Source: a virus
IMG/VR virus record: IMGVR_UViG_3300032038_000066
Span: 1 to 64,000 of that record
Reading direction: 5' to 3' (one strand)
Length of the DNA stretch: 64,000 nucleotides
The position numbers were made by a program, and so were the translations under genes. The notes under the pieces are model-generated. The model did no database searches and was not told where the DNA came from. It saw only the letters and a program-made list of their open reading frames with translations. Shown here piece after piece: positions 28,813 through 38,251 of the stretch (its first letter is position 1; every line of letters starts with the position of its first letter).

Positions 28813-29636
28813 TAATATCCGCCACCATAGTGAGTTTTAGTTTTTAAAGCTCTTTGAATTGTGTTTCTCCTTACTCCAAGAGATGTAGATGCGTTCTCTG
28901 TTCCTTCAAATATGCCTATTATTAATCCATCTTTTGAGAAACATTTAATTTTTCTTTTCGATGCTCTTTCCTTTGCTAATCGAGATGTATTTTCAGAAGA
29001 CCATTTTGATAAAAACTCCCTATTGTAACATCCGCAACTAATTATATTTCCATTTCTAACAAGGCTACCTCTTGCAACAACATTATTTCCACATTCACAT
29101 CGGAACAAAAATTCTGCGCCGTTTTTACCTATTCTAACAAAATCAATACAAGTCAATCTTCCATGTTTTTCACCAACCATATCTTTGTATGGTTCTTTGT
29201 GTAACGGCTCGGAGAATGCACGCTCTACGCCCCATTTATCAATTCTTTTTTGTAATGTTTTATAACAAATCCCTAATTTTTCAGACCATTCAGCAAGTGT
29301 AAATGTTTCTCCTTTATATTCATACGTGGCGTTATATCTCTTATTGTTTTGTTGTTTCTTGTTACTTATCCACCGACAGTTTGATGGCTCATAGTTACCA
29401 TTTACATTTATACGATCTAACGTCATTTCTCCATGCGGTAAATTTGCTATATACCCATTATCAAAAGCCCATGTTCTAAACGACTTATAATCATTTTTCC
29501 ATTCATCACAAACAGTTATCCCACGCCCACCATAGTTTTCAAATTCTCTTGCTGATTTCCTATAACATCGTGCTTTCATATTTTGCCAAGCATTATATAA
29601 TTGTGTTTTGGATTCACCATGACTACGTGCCGGCAT
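28794..29636 (-). CDS. Phage HNH/AP2-like DNA-binding protein, paralogue 2 (domain order permuted relative to 23595..24239)
   Basis: YNAWQNMKARCY...YGGRGITVCDEW...DRIN.NGNYEPSNCRW and HTH LAEWSEKLGICYKTLQKRI. The Zn ribbon CECGN...CGC is C-terminal here. Confidence 0.5.
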   Translation of the reverse strand: MPARSHGESKTQLYNAWQNMKARCYRKSAREFENYGGRGITVCDEWKNDYKSFRTWAFDNGYIANLPHGEMTLDRINVNGNYEPSNCRWISNKKQQNNKRYNATYEYKGETFTLAEWSEKLGICYKTLQKRIDKWGVERAFSEPLHKEPYKDMVGEKHGRLTCIDFVRIGKNGAEFLFRCECGNNVVARGSLVRNGNIISCGCYNREFLSKWSSENTSRLAKERASKRKIKCFSKDGLIIGIFEGTENASTSLGVRRNTIQRALKTKTHYGGGYYWEDIE

Positions 29637-29648
29637 ATTTACATCACC

Positions 29649-30590
29649 TCACTTTCCCTTTAAGTATTCATCAAATGTTGAAACACTCCAAAATATAAAA
29701 TTGCTACACCATCTTTGCAGTTTCCGATAAATAGGATCGCAATGTTCCTTGTCATAAATCATTGGATATGGGCTAAAATTCAACTCCCTGCATAACTGAA
29801 TCCTATAAATATCCTGTTCTATCGTTGTATCGAAATTGCAAAGGATATACACCATTACTTTACCTTTGCTCCTATTGAACCCTGTTTTATATGCAAATTG
29901 TCGCAACTTCGGTTCCACAATTTCCTTATCTTGCCAACGGTCAAATGCGAAGTGTATGCTGTCAAGTTTTATCTGCCTTAACAATTCCAGATTACCGTCA
30001 TTCACAAGCCGTATATCTAACCCTTGATTAAAATTCACGGTCGCGCCACTATCGGCAAGTTGTTGCAACAATTCCATGTGATCTTTACAAGCCAATATAT
30101 TTGGATCGCATAGCATAATCTTCTTTTGACTGTTCCAAAATTCAGATAAATCAGCGACCTTGTAACTGCATTTACCTTCCTTTGCGGCAACGTGACAAAA
30201 TCCGCATCCTCTCGGACAACCTCTTGTCAAAAATCCAAATGCAGTATCTTTTGTCAATTCTGGATAGAGTGAATAATCCGGATAAATATGTTCGATTTCT
30301 GGCGGTAAATCCTTGTCCTTTTCCTTGTGGTACTTTTCTTTTCCATTGACCAACTCAATCGCATAACCACTACCGCCACGCTCGATCTCGCTTGCATAAA
30401 TCGGATATTCATAATCTTTTGTGAATGAGAAAACCTTCGATAGATATACCTTGTCATACGGTTCTATCAATCCATCAAACGGTTCGTACCATCGAACAGT
30501 ATCACCTTGTGATTTATGCCACGCCGATATCTTCATAAGCGGTATATTTGGAAAGTTATGCCCGTCAACATCTATCAACCCGATCTTCAT
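29649..30590 (-). CDS. Radical-SAM-like enzyme (CxxxCxxC) with an N-terminal about 110-aa domain
   Basis: GCPRGCGFCHV gives a CxxxCxxC cluster motif at about residue 115. N-terminal MKIGLIDVDG... domain of unclear type. Confidence 0.5.
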   Translation of the reverse strand: MKIGLIDVDGHNFPNIPLMKISAWHKSQGDTVRWYEPFDGLIEPYDKVYLSKVFSFTKDYEYPIYASEIERGGSGYAIELVNGKEKYHKEKDKDLPPEIEHIYPDYSLYPELTKDTAFGFLTRGCPRGCGFCHVAAKEGKCSYKVADLSEFWNSQKKIMLCDPNILACKDHMELLQQLADSGATVNFNQGLDIRLVNDGNLELLRQIKLDSIHFAFDRWQDKEIVEPKLRQFAYKTGFNRSKGKVMVYILCNFDTTIEQDIYRIQLCRELNFSPYPMIYDKEHCDPIYRKLQRWCSNFIFWSVSTFDEYLKGK

Positions 30591-30627
30591 ATATCACCTC
30601 TAATCTTGGTGATATCCCCAAAATGTT

Positions 30628-30948
30628 TCATTCACTAAACCTCGCTATTGCCTTCTTAAAGAATCTAACCGCACCATCTAATGAATCAACAGGTGCGCTG
30701 CATCCTTGTGTCTTAGTATCCCAACTACATCCTATGAACCGTGTATAAGGTTCAACTGAGTATTTGCTGTATTTAACGGAGAATGTGACACCTTTAACTT
30801 TTGCCTGATACGTTTCCAAGAAATCGTTGTATTTAAACTCCAATCCTGTACTCAGACCTATCTGCCGTACCATTTCATTCTCAGGAAGATCATCTAATGG
30901 CATATCCTCGACATTTACAAAGTCAAATAGGCTCATCTGCTCCATCAA
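30628..30948 (-). CDS. Hypothetical protein
   Basis: 106-aa ORF. Confidence 0.3.
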   Translation of the reverse strand: MMEQMSLFDFVNVEDMPLDDLPENEMVRQIGLSTGLEFKYNDFLETYQAKVKGVTFSVKYSKYSVEPYTRFIGCSWDTKTQGCSAPVDSLDGAVRFFKKAIARFSE

Positions 30949-31196
30949 TCTCGCTCCTTATAATCCATGCAGTCCTTGCCGTCATCAAATGACGTGCCAC
31001 AGCCGTAGCCGTCCGATTCTTTGTTGTCGCAAATCCACTCTTCATCCAAGCTGACGTGATACTGACACGTTCCGCAACATTCGTTATTCATATCTCTTTT
31101 TTGTCCTCTCAATTTGTTTAATTTTAAAAGAATAAAAGTTGTTTTCTCTGTTTCTAATCTTCGCAATCTCTTTTCGGACTTCCTCATATTCGTCAC
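30945..31196 (-). CDS. Cys-rich small protein (true start probably internal, near 31090)
   Basis: CCGTCQYH...C...C. Overlaps the next ORF if the upstream start is used. Confidence 0.3.
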   Translation of the reverse strand: MTNMRKSEKRLRRLETEKTTFILLKLNKLRGQKRDMNNECCGTCQYHVSLDEEWICDNKESDGYGCGTSFDDGKDCMDYKERD

Positions 31197-31281
31197 GTTC
31201 TTTTTTGTAGCGTTCGCATTTCCCGTGGCATCCTACACACCTGTCCTGACAGTTCTTACATACTGTTATGCCTATTCCCAT
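31084..31281 (-). CDS. Cys-rich small protein (CxxC...CxxC)
   Basis: CKNCQDRCVGCHGKC. Confidence 0.3.
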   Translation of the reverse strand: MGIGITVCKNCQDRCVGCHGKCERYKKERDEYEEVRKEIAKIRNRENNFYSFKIKQIERTKKRYE

Positions 31282-31285
31282 TTAC

Positions 31286-31678
31286 TTATTCCCCAAAAAA
31301 CAACTTGCGCACGTTTACGGGTATCCTCCGCTCACCGTTCAACAGTTCAGCATTGTCAACGCCCATAGGCTTGTTGCATCTGAACACACGGCATATAGCA
31401 GGTCTGACCTTGTAAATCGTGCATTTCTCCCTTGCCTTGGATAAATCCAAAAACGGACAAGTCAAATCTCCTACCGCCATCATCGGGATAGCGTGTACTT
31501 GCGCCCTGATATGGTGCCGCTTGACGTACTTCTTTATCCGCTCTATCTCGCTTTTAGACAGCGGTAACAGGTTACTGCAACAATCACCGCAACAGCTACA
31601 TTCGCCGTTTATCGTGTTGTCATACACGCCATGTGCCGCATCCCGTCTTACGTCCTCTAGCGTTCCTAGCCCTATCAT
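31286..31678 (-). CDS. YkgJ-family zinc/iron-chelating domain protein (CxxCxxCC)
   Basis: CSCCGDCC followed by conserved Cys (CPFL...C..C..C). Confidence 0.5.
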   Translation of the reverse strand: MIGLGTLEDVRRDAAHGVYDNTINGECSCCGDCCSNLLPLSKSEIERIKKYVKRHHIRAQVHAIPMMAVGDLTCPFLDLSKAREKCTIYKVRPAICRVFRCNKPMGVDNAELLNGERRIPVNVRKLFFGE

Positions 31679-32460
31679 ACTTGCACCTGTTCGCTTGCTT
31701 CTACGTCTATCGGCTCAAATGGGGTCTGGTTTGCGTTTTCTTCTATATCGTTTTCAACAACCTTTTCAATATCGGTTTCAATCTCCATCCCTTCATTAAA
31801 AGCATCCCGCTGAAAGGCATTAGCAAAATCAATATTGATATGTTTGCAAAGCCTGTGAAGCACGGTTTTACGGTACATTTCGCCCGTGAATTTCGTCCAA
31901 GCTGGACTATTCTTTGCCTTTGATTGATTGCGTGTATTTTCCAATTCAGCCTTTGACATTACTTCATACTGACAACCGCCATCTTGATACAAGCAACAAG
32001 CAAAAGCACCGATAACCTCACCGCTATTAAACGGAATAGGCTTGAAATTGATAGTCTGTTCGCCGTGATCTACAATCGGTTCAAACACATCACCCTCACG
32101 AACGAGTTGTGAAAAAATGTCTTTTATCGGTCTGATACTGTATTTTTTGCATAGCTTTTCATCGCCCCGATAATCAACAATGAATTGAAGGGAACTTCCG
32201 AACGGTATCATGTGAAATTCTGAATTTGCATAATCCAGATTTAGATATGCACCTTTGACAAGGTTGTTTAGAATCTGCTTTCCACCATCTTTATTATTTT
32301 TAGCAAAAGCCATCAAATCTTTATTGCCCTGAACCGCTGCTATGCTATTCATTGCAAAACGGTCAATATTAAAGTCTGCCGGAAGTCCTGTCTTTGCATC
32401 CGTCAACGCTTCAATAAGATTTGTTGTAAATGCATCTTTCTTTGCTACTGTGTTTGCCAT
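31675..32460 (-). CDS. recT: RecT-family single-strand annealing recombinase
   Basis: Several RecT-family blocks are present: AFAKN...ILNNLVKGAYLNLD, MIPFG, VDYRGDE and LYQDGG. Confidence 0.7.
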   Translation of the reverse strand: MANTVAKKDAFTTNLIEALTDAKTGLPADFNIDRFAMNSIAAVQGNKDLMAFAKNNKDGGKQILNNLVKGAYLNLDYANSEFHMIPFGSSLQFIVDYRGDEKLCKKYSIRPIKDIFSQLVREGDVFEPIVDHGEQTINFKPIPFNSGEVIGAFACCLYQDGGCQYEVMSKAELENTRNQSKAKNSPAWTKFTGEMYRKTVLHRLCKHINIDFANAFQRDAFNEGMEIETDIEKVVENDIEENANQTPFEPIDVEASEQVQV

Positions 32461-32724
32461 GTTATCTCCTTTCTTTTTGTAAAAATTCCAAATGAATGAA
32501 ATAGAATAAAATGGAACGTATTGAAATTTACTATTGTCCTATTCAATGCAATATATGTTCTGCGATTAGCAGAGTAGACGATTCAGCTCAACTAAATTCA
32601 TTCAAAAAAATAAAATTATTTCCTATATAATTCTTTCAAATCCAAGGCTAAACCGCCTGCTCTACCAACCGCATGATTGGTAGAAGTAAAATAGTTAGTA
32701 AACCTGTCACCCATAAATAATGAC

Positions 32725-33483
32725 TTACAGCGTTTCTTTTTCAATCTTTCCGAGTGCAAAACGTCCGTAGCCATTCTTTCGCTGTGTCGCAAGTCCAATA
32801 AAATTACCTGCCGTAGACAACAAATCAATAACGGTATTTGTGGGGAAGGCAACGTCCGCAGTGTATATTTTAATGTTGCATTTCCAACCCGAAAAAATGT
32901 TTGATTGACCTAAAACATTTACCTGACTTTTACCATTTGTCGGTATTAACTCCTGATTAAAACGAACCTCTGAAAACTGAATAGGAAAATGATTACTTGC
33001 AAGCGATACGCTTCTTTTTATGTCTGTTCCGTTCTTTCCTGTGCTATCTTTATATCCAAAGGAAACAAAAGCCTCATAAAGCGAACCAAAAATATGCTGT
33101 GAATTTATGCAAGGTGCATTGTTCTGCATATAATATTCCCACTCTTCTTGTGTGTACTTGCTCCAATCATCATCGTGAAATGTGATTGGTTCTTTCCAAT
33201 CTATTGAAGTTATCAGCTTCTCAAAGAGGTTGTAAGGCTGTGAAAGTTCATTTGGGATTTTTTCACCCTTATCATGTGATTGTTTCCAAATCTCTGCCAA
33301 CTCAAAACTACGTGATTTTTTACGCAAGATTAGGTCGCTTGTACCAATCAATTCAACCTTTAATAATGTCCTTTTAACAGGCTCAATGTTTATGATTGTC
33401 TGGTCTGCTTCTTTTTTCTTTGTTGCCATATCTTTTCTCTCCTTTTTATGCAATTCAATTTGTTTCTTTATGTTTGCAAACAC
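32725..33483 (-). CDS. Hypothetical protein (possible recombination partner; no motif recognised)
   Basis: 252-aa ORF between the ATPase and recT. Confidence 0.35.
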   Translation of the reverse strand: MFANIKKQIELHKKERKDMATKKKEADQTIINIEPVKRTLLKVELIGTSDLILRKKSRSFELAEIWKQSHDKGEKIPNELSQPYNLFEKLITSIDWKEPITFHDDDWSKYTQEEWEYYMQNNAPCINSQHIFGSLYEAFVSFGYKDSTGKNGTDIKRSVSLASNHFPIQFSEVRFNQELIPTNGKSQVNVLGQSNIFSGWKCNIKIYTADVAFPTNTVIDLLSTAGNFIGLATQRKNGYGRFALGKIEKETL

Positions 33484-33860
33484 ATAAGCTTAATGGCTCC
33501 GTTGGTGGCAATACAAGACAAAGTAATAGAACACAACCAAATAAAATAAAATACATCGTAATACAACATAAAAAATCATACTTGAACGCCCGTGGCACAT
33601 TGCCACCAACGCAACCATTAAAAAATTATCAGCCACTCCACAGACGATAGAATTTAACTCAACACAATAGATTCAAAAGCAATACATTTTAATTCAATCG
33701 TCTTTGATATAACACCATTAAACACAAGGCGATTATTCTACCGCCTGCGGAATGGCTGACTAAAGAAATAAATCCAACTTATTCCACCTCATAACAAAAC
33801 AATGCTTTATAAGCCAATCCTATTGACCTTATTCATATGTAGTGGAATTTACATATATAT

Positions 33861-34343
33861 TCAAAGCGCATCTATCGCTTTAAATACCTCTTCTAACTCG
33901 CTGATCGTAGAATACTTATTGCGGAAGGCTTGCAACTCGCTTTTCGCCTTATTTAACAACAACTCATATCTTTCAATATTTTTCACGACCACCTCTGTTT
34001 TCTGATATGTACCGCCTTTTCTTTCTGGCATAACAAACATACTGACATTTGTTTTCTCCGGCGGTTTATCTTTTTTGATAATCGTTATCTTTAAATTATG
34101 TATAACTGTACCTGCCTGATGAATCCTGTACCTGTCCGCTGCTACCGTATCATCCCATTCAAAGCAATTATGCAAAGCACTATTTGTATGCTCTGACGCA
34201 TAATCAACAACCTGTCTGCGAGTGAACCCATCACCCATACTTTCAAGTTCTTTTGCTACATCCTCTGCTTTAGCCTTGAATTTCACACAACCCCATTCAG
34301 CTTTATAAGGCTTGCCTGCGTAGTTAAGTGTTATTGTTTCCAT
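33861..34343 (-). CDS. Hypothetical protein (Gp157-like position next to the AAA ATPase)
   Basis: 160-aa ORF, stop/start-coupled to the ATPase gene. Confidence 0.35.
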   Translation of the reverse strand: METITLNYAGKPYKAEWGCVKFKAKAEDVAKELESMGDGFTRRQVVDYASEHTNSALHNCFEWDDTVAADRYRIHQAGTVIHNLKITIIKKDKPPEKTNVSMFVMPERKGGTYQKTEVVVKNIERYELLLNKAKSELQAFRNKYSTISELEEVFKAIDAL

Positions 34344-36295
34344 TACTCAATCACCAACTCTCTATCCTCGCTCACCGACAGAAGTACCATTTGATTATCC
34401 ATAGCCGGGATATTAAAGTTATTTATGCTTTCAGCGTTGTCCACCCAAATCGGGGCTTGTGCGTTGTATAGGGTCTGCAAAGCCTTGATAATTTCAAGCC
34501 CTGCGACAATCCTGTGACCGCTGTTAAGGTCTGAATATTTGACCCCGTTGTATGAACATTGACAGGCTTCTTTAATTCCTCCGTTTATCTGCACTTCAAA
34601 CAGCACCCACTTGATACCATTGAAATGGCTGTTAATTTCATTTGATACCCTGTCCATCTTGAAACGGATAAACTGTTCCAAGGCATACAACACCTTTTCA
34701 CAATCAGCGATTTTCTGTGATACCTTGCGCTGTTCTGTCTGCAATTCAGCTACACGCTCGTCAATCTCTTCGTTGTGCGCTGACAAAGCGAGTTTTTTAT
34801 CACATGCTTCAAGTTCAACCTTGCAGTTGTCTAGTTCACCGATAAGAGGCGTAACGTCTACGGCACTTGCCTTTAAATCATCCATATGTGTGCGTGTAGC
34901 CTGTTCAACTTCCACAAGCTTCTGATACTCCGCGTCATTGGTTATATCTGGTTCAACGGGCTTATTTGCCTTGACTTCTTCCAATGCTTCATTTGCCTTT
35001 GCAAGTGCCTTTTCAGCCTTTTTCAGTTCGGCTTTTGTATTTTTCAAAACTGCCTGCTTTTCTTCTATCTTGTCTTTAACCTCAAATCCTTTGCTTTCAA
35101 TAGCTTTCAGATCGTTTTCTTTTTCCTTGTCAAATGCCTGTTCTTTTGCGACCTGCTCTTTAGCAAATTCATCATGTAACTTGACAACCTCGTTGTCCGG
35201 CAAGCGTCTTTTACATACAGGGCAAATCTCGGAGTTAGAATCAAATTCTATATGTTTAAACAGCCTCTTCTTTGTGTCTGTAAAGTCTTTAGCCAATTCT
35301 TTTTTAGACTCTTTCAATTCATTTATACGGCACTCTATCTCTGTTATCCTGTCTTGTATCCCGTCATGGTTGTGTTGCGCCATTTCCGCGTGATATTCAG
35401 CCTCGCGCAACTCTGCGTTGTATCTGTTTTTGTCTAACTCATATCTATTAGCAAAGTCTTTTTCATATGCCTGTCTTTCAGATACCGCAACTTTATAATC
35501 TGCTTCTGCTTTTACCTGTTCGGAGTTGTCACGGGCTTCTGCTATTGTCGTTTCCAACTCTGCTATCTTCTCATTCAGCACACCCTTATAAAGTTCAATC
35601 TCCGCAAAATCAACGGCTATCCTCTGCTTATTAACCTCGTCAATCCTCACAGGCAATTCTTTAAGCCTTGCGGTCAAATCCTTTTTCTGTCTGGAATATT
35701 TTGATTGAATATCATCTGTTGAAGGTGCCTTTTCCAACTCGCCTATTATCGGTTCAAACTCCTTGTTACCCTTTGCAAGTTCCAGGTCTGAAACATCCGA
35801 CACAAACCGCATAAGCGTTGCCCTCTGTTCTTTCCACGGAAGGCTTGTAAAATATGCCGGACTTGTTATCATTTTAAAGGCATCCTCGTCAATAATATCC
35901 GCTATAAATGCCTTATAGTCAGCGTCTTTACGTGGGTATCCGTCAATCTCGCAAGTGTTCACGTTACCCTGCAACTTTGCCTCTTGGGATCCTCTTTTCT
36001 TCACCCAATTTTGGCGCTGCGTTTTTTTCAGTTCGTAGGTCTTTCCGTCTATATCAATGACCGCCGAAACCATAATCTCAACATTGTCTATCATGTTCCC
36101 GTCAGTATCTAACGGACGGATAGCAAATTTCTCGTTGTCGTGGCTGTCCTTGTTGAATAACAACCAATTAAACGCATCAAAGATTGTTGTCTTGCCCGTG
36201 GCATTGGCACCGCTTATCTTTGTTTCATCTGAAAAGTTAATCTCCCGGTGCTTACAACCTTTGAAATTCTCAATCACTAGCTTTTTTAATCTCAT
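34343..36295 (-). CDS. SbcC/Rad50/SMC-like AAA ATPase with a long coiled coil
   Basis: N-terminal LKKLVIENFKG...SGANATGKTTIFDAFNWLLF is the Rad50/SbcC Walker A head. About 400 aa of coiled coil follow, then C-terminal signature and D-loop-like VLLSVSEDR. Confidence 0.65.
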   Translation of the reverse strand: MRLKKLVIENFKGCKHREINFSDETKISGANATGKTTIFDAFNWLLFNKDSHDNEKFAIRPLDTDGNMIDNVEIMVSAVIDIDGKTYELKKTQRQNWVKKRGSQEAKLQGNVNTCEIDGYPRKDADYKAFIADIIDEDAFKMITSPAYFTSLPWKEQRATLMRFVSDVSDLELAKGNKEFEPIIGELEKAPSTDDIQSKYSRQKKDLTARLKELPVRIDEVNKQRIAVDFAEIELYKGVLNEKIAELETTIAEARDNSEQVKAEADYKVAVSERQAYEKDFANRYELDKNRYNAELREAEYHAEMAQHNHDGIQDRITEIECRINELKESKKELAKDFTDTKKRLFKHIEFDSNSEICPVCKRRLPDNEVVKLHDEFAKEQVAKEQAFDKEKENDLKAIESKGFEVKDKIEEKQAVLKNTKAELKKAEKALAKANEALEEVKANKPVEPDITNDAEYQKLVEVEQATRTHMDDLKASAVDVTPLIGELDNCKVELEACDKKLALSAHNEEIDERVAELQTEQRKVSQKIADCEKVLYALEQFIRFKMDRVSNEINSHFNGIKWVLFEVQINGGIKEACQCSYNGVKYSDLNSGHRIVAGLEIIKALQTLYNAQAPIWVDNAESINNFNIPAMDNQMVLLSVSEDRELVIE

Positions 36296-36299
36296 CCTC

Positions 36300-36500
36300 T
36301 TACTCTCCTTGTGAATGTCGTTTCTGATACATCCAGTTTGCGTTATATAGATTTAATCGCCATCTGTTCTTTTCTCTGTATTTAGGGTAATATTCCCTTA
36401 TGTAGTCTTTACGGCTGTCCTTGTAACACTTATCGCTACAATATTTACTCCGTCTGCTTTCGGAAGATATCTCCTTTCCGCACATACGGCACTTTCCCAT
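36300..36500 (-). CDS. Small basic Cys-containing protein
   Basis: CRMCGKEI...C..C. Confidence 0.3.
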   Translation of the reverse strand: MGKCRMCGKEISSESRRSKYCSDKCYKDSRKDYIREYYPKYREKNRWRLNLYNANWMYQKRHSQGE

Positions 36501-36651
36501 TTTCCATAGCCCTCTCTTCCTGTTTTAAGACAAATTCAAACTGGCATGGCTTTATGTTCTGCATTTCTGGTTCCTTATCCCGTTTCGCTGTCGAAATCTC
36601 GGATACACGCTCAACCATTCTGTACTTGTCTAACATTGCTGTAAGTGTCAT
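36445..36651 (-). CDS. Hypothetical small protein
   Basis: 68-aa ORF. Confidence 0.3.
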   Translation of the reverse strand: MTLTAMLDKYRMVERVSEISTAKRDKEPEMQNIKPCQFEFVLKQEERAMENGKVPYVRKGDIFRKQTE

Positions 36652-36827
36652 CCCTCTTTTACCATTACTCCCTTTTCGATAGGTGTATACTCAATCTTGC
36701 CATCGCACTTCGCTAATATCGCATCGTTTACAGCTTCTTCCAAATCGCCTATCAGCTTGCCGTTTGTGTAACTCATAAAAATGTTTAATATGAGCAAAAC
36801 TATTAACGTACTTCCGAAAAATATCAT
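36648..36827 (-). CDS. Small single-TM membrane protein (start refined to ATG 36827)
   Basis: RBS gggaggtaaaggg then ATG. The track ORF 36648..37025 overlaps the hydrolase gene out of frame. Confidence 0.35.
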   Translation of the reverse strand: MIFFGSTLIVLLILNIFMSYTNGKLIGDLEEAVNDAILAKCDGKIEYTPIEKGVMVKEG

Positions 36828-36831
36828 CCCT

Positions 36832-37386
36832 TTACCTCCCTGAAAAATAATGATTTTTGTAACTGTATAGCGGCGTTCCGCTTGGATTGTATTGACCTGC
36901 TGTGAAAAACAGGATTCTATCATCTGAACTGTTCGCCAATTCATCTTGAACCGCCTTATATGTTTCCTCTGACGGGATACAGTTGATGCGCCCGTTTGAT
37001 ACCACTTCAAATTGGTGTGGTGCATATATCACGCTTCTTATGTCATTGGGAAACAGCTTGGATATCACTCTGTTCAAAACCACCCGTGATACAAGCCTCT
37101 TGCCTTTGTAACCCTGATTGCCTGCCTCTGATTCTGTTAACATTGCAAGCGTTTCTAAACTGTCGTAGTACATTTCCAACTCAATATCATCTGGCGTTGG
37201 GATATATACCATTTTTGCTTTCGCCTCTTCTGGTCTGCCTCCGATAACGGCTTGTGGTTTTATTACCGCGTGTTTCTCCCACATATAATCTTTTGCAACC
37301 CTAACCGAAGCGAAGATCCATGTTGCAGATACAACCAACACAACCAAAACCGCTATCAATATTCTTATTTTTGTTTTCTTTTGCAT
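36832..37386 (-). CDS. Membrane-anchored cell-wall hydrolase, SleB/CwlJ (Hydrolase_2) family
   Basis: N-terminal TM helix. LAMLTESEAGNQGYKGKRLVSRVVLNRV...YAPHQFEV matches the SleB-type catalytic domain. Confidence 0.6.
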   Translation of the reverse strand: MQKKTKIRILIAVLVVLVVSATWIFASVRVAKDYMWEKHAVIKPQAVIGGRPEEAKAKMVYIPTPDDIELEMYYDSLETLAMLTESEAGNQGYKGKRLVSRVVLNRVISKLFPNDIRSVIYAPHQFEVVSNGRINCIPSEETYKAVQDELANSSDDRILFFTAGQYNPSGTPLYSYKNHYFSGR

Positions 37387-37700
37387 TTGTTTCTCCCGTC
37401 CTATCCGCTCTACCCAAGACAGGCACTTTGTATGGTGACAAAGAGTAGTTGTAATTCAATGGCTTTAGTATCATAGGTTCATAGGTGGATGCCTGCCCTG
37501 GATGGAACGGATAGAATTTTGTTTGCTGTCAGATATATTTCTTTGAAAATATCTTCTTGCCCTGATATTCAACAAAGAACCCCGGCAGTAATGTTCTTTT
37601 CACTTCCTCTGCCCGTTCTTTGACGCTTGCCACTAATACCTTATCCCTGTCACCCCACAAGTAGGGTTGTTTCATTTTCTTCTGCTGTTTCTTCATTCCC

Positions 37701-37898
37701 TCACTCCTTTAAATCTTCCTCTGTCAATTTTCGACCTATCATCTTTTCAAGCTTTGCACGAAATATGATGTACTGTTTCCGCTTGTTACCCGTCACATAC
37801 CCTAAATCCATACGCCCCTCTCTCATTTCCTGATAGATGAACTGCGGTATCACTCCCATAATCCGCGCCGCTACGTTTACGGGTATTCTGTCTGTCAT
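37701..37898 (-). CDS. Excisionase-like / MerR-type small DNA-binding protein
   Basis: 65 aa. IPVNVAARIMGV...IYQEMREGR is a typical Xis/MerR HTH. Sits next to the cro-like gene. Confidence 0.45.
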   Translation of the reverse strand: MTDRIPVNVAARIMGVIPQFIYQEMREGRMDLGYVTGNKRKQYIIFRAKLEKMIGRKLTEEDLKE

Positions 37899-38185
37899 GC
37901 TTTCACCTCATCGGTTTCGGTTTTGTGAACCGAAACTCTAAAAAAATAAGCCCCAATGTCGCAAGGGTCAATACCTAACACCTCAATCGCATTACATATA
38001 TCATCTTGTGACAACTGTTTAGAACCATTGAATACCTGCGAAATATAGCCCACAGAGCGACCTATTAGTTTTGCAAATTCTCCTTCTGTTCCAATTTTCT
38101 CCCTTATTCTCCCTCTCAACTTGGAGTAGTCATATTTGTACTTCAATCTCTCACCTCCTTCAATCAGTTCCGTTTTTGTGAACAC
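37895..38185 (-). CDS. Cro/antirepressor-like XRE-family HTH regulator
   Basis: FAKLIGRSVGYISQVFNGSKQLS HTH. Divergent from the repressor gene. Confidence 0.55.
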   Translation of the reverse strand: MFTKTELIEGGERLKYKYDYSKLRGRIREKIGTEGEFAKLIGRSVGYISQVFNGSKQLSQDDICNAIEVLGIDPCDIGAYFFRVSVHKTETDEVKA

Positions 38186-38251
38186 ATATAAGATAACACA
38201 CTATATTTGGTATGTCAACAACTTTCTTTCACAAATGCGAAACTTTTTATT

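Noticed and set aside
34611-35437. Several plus-strand ORFs of 61-151 aa
   Set aside because: Antisense to the coiled-coil region of the SbcC-like ATPase. Low-complexity, Ser/Phe/Leu-rich mirror translations.
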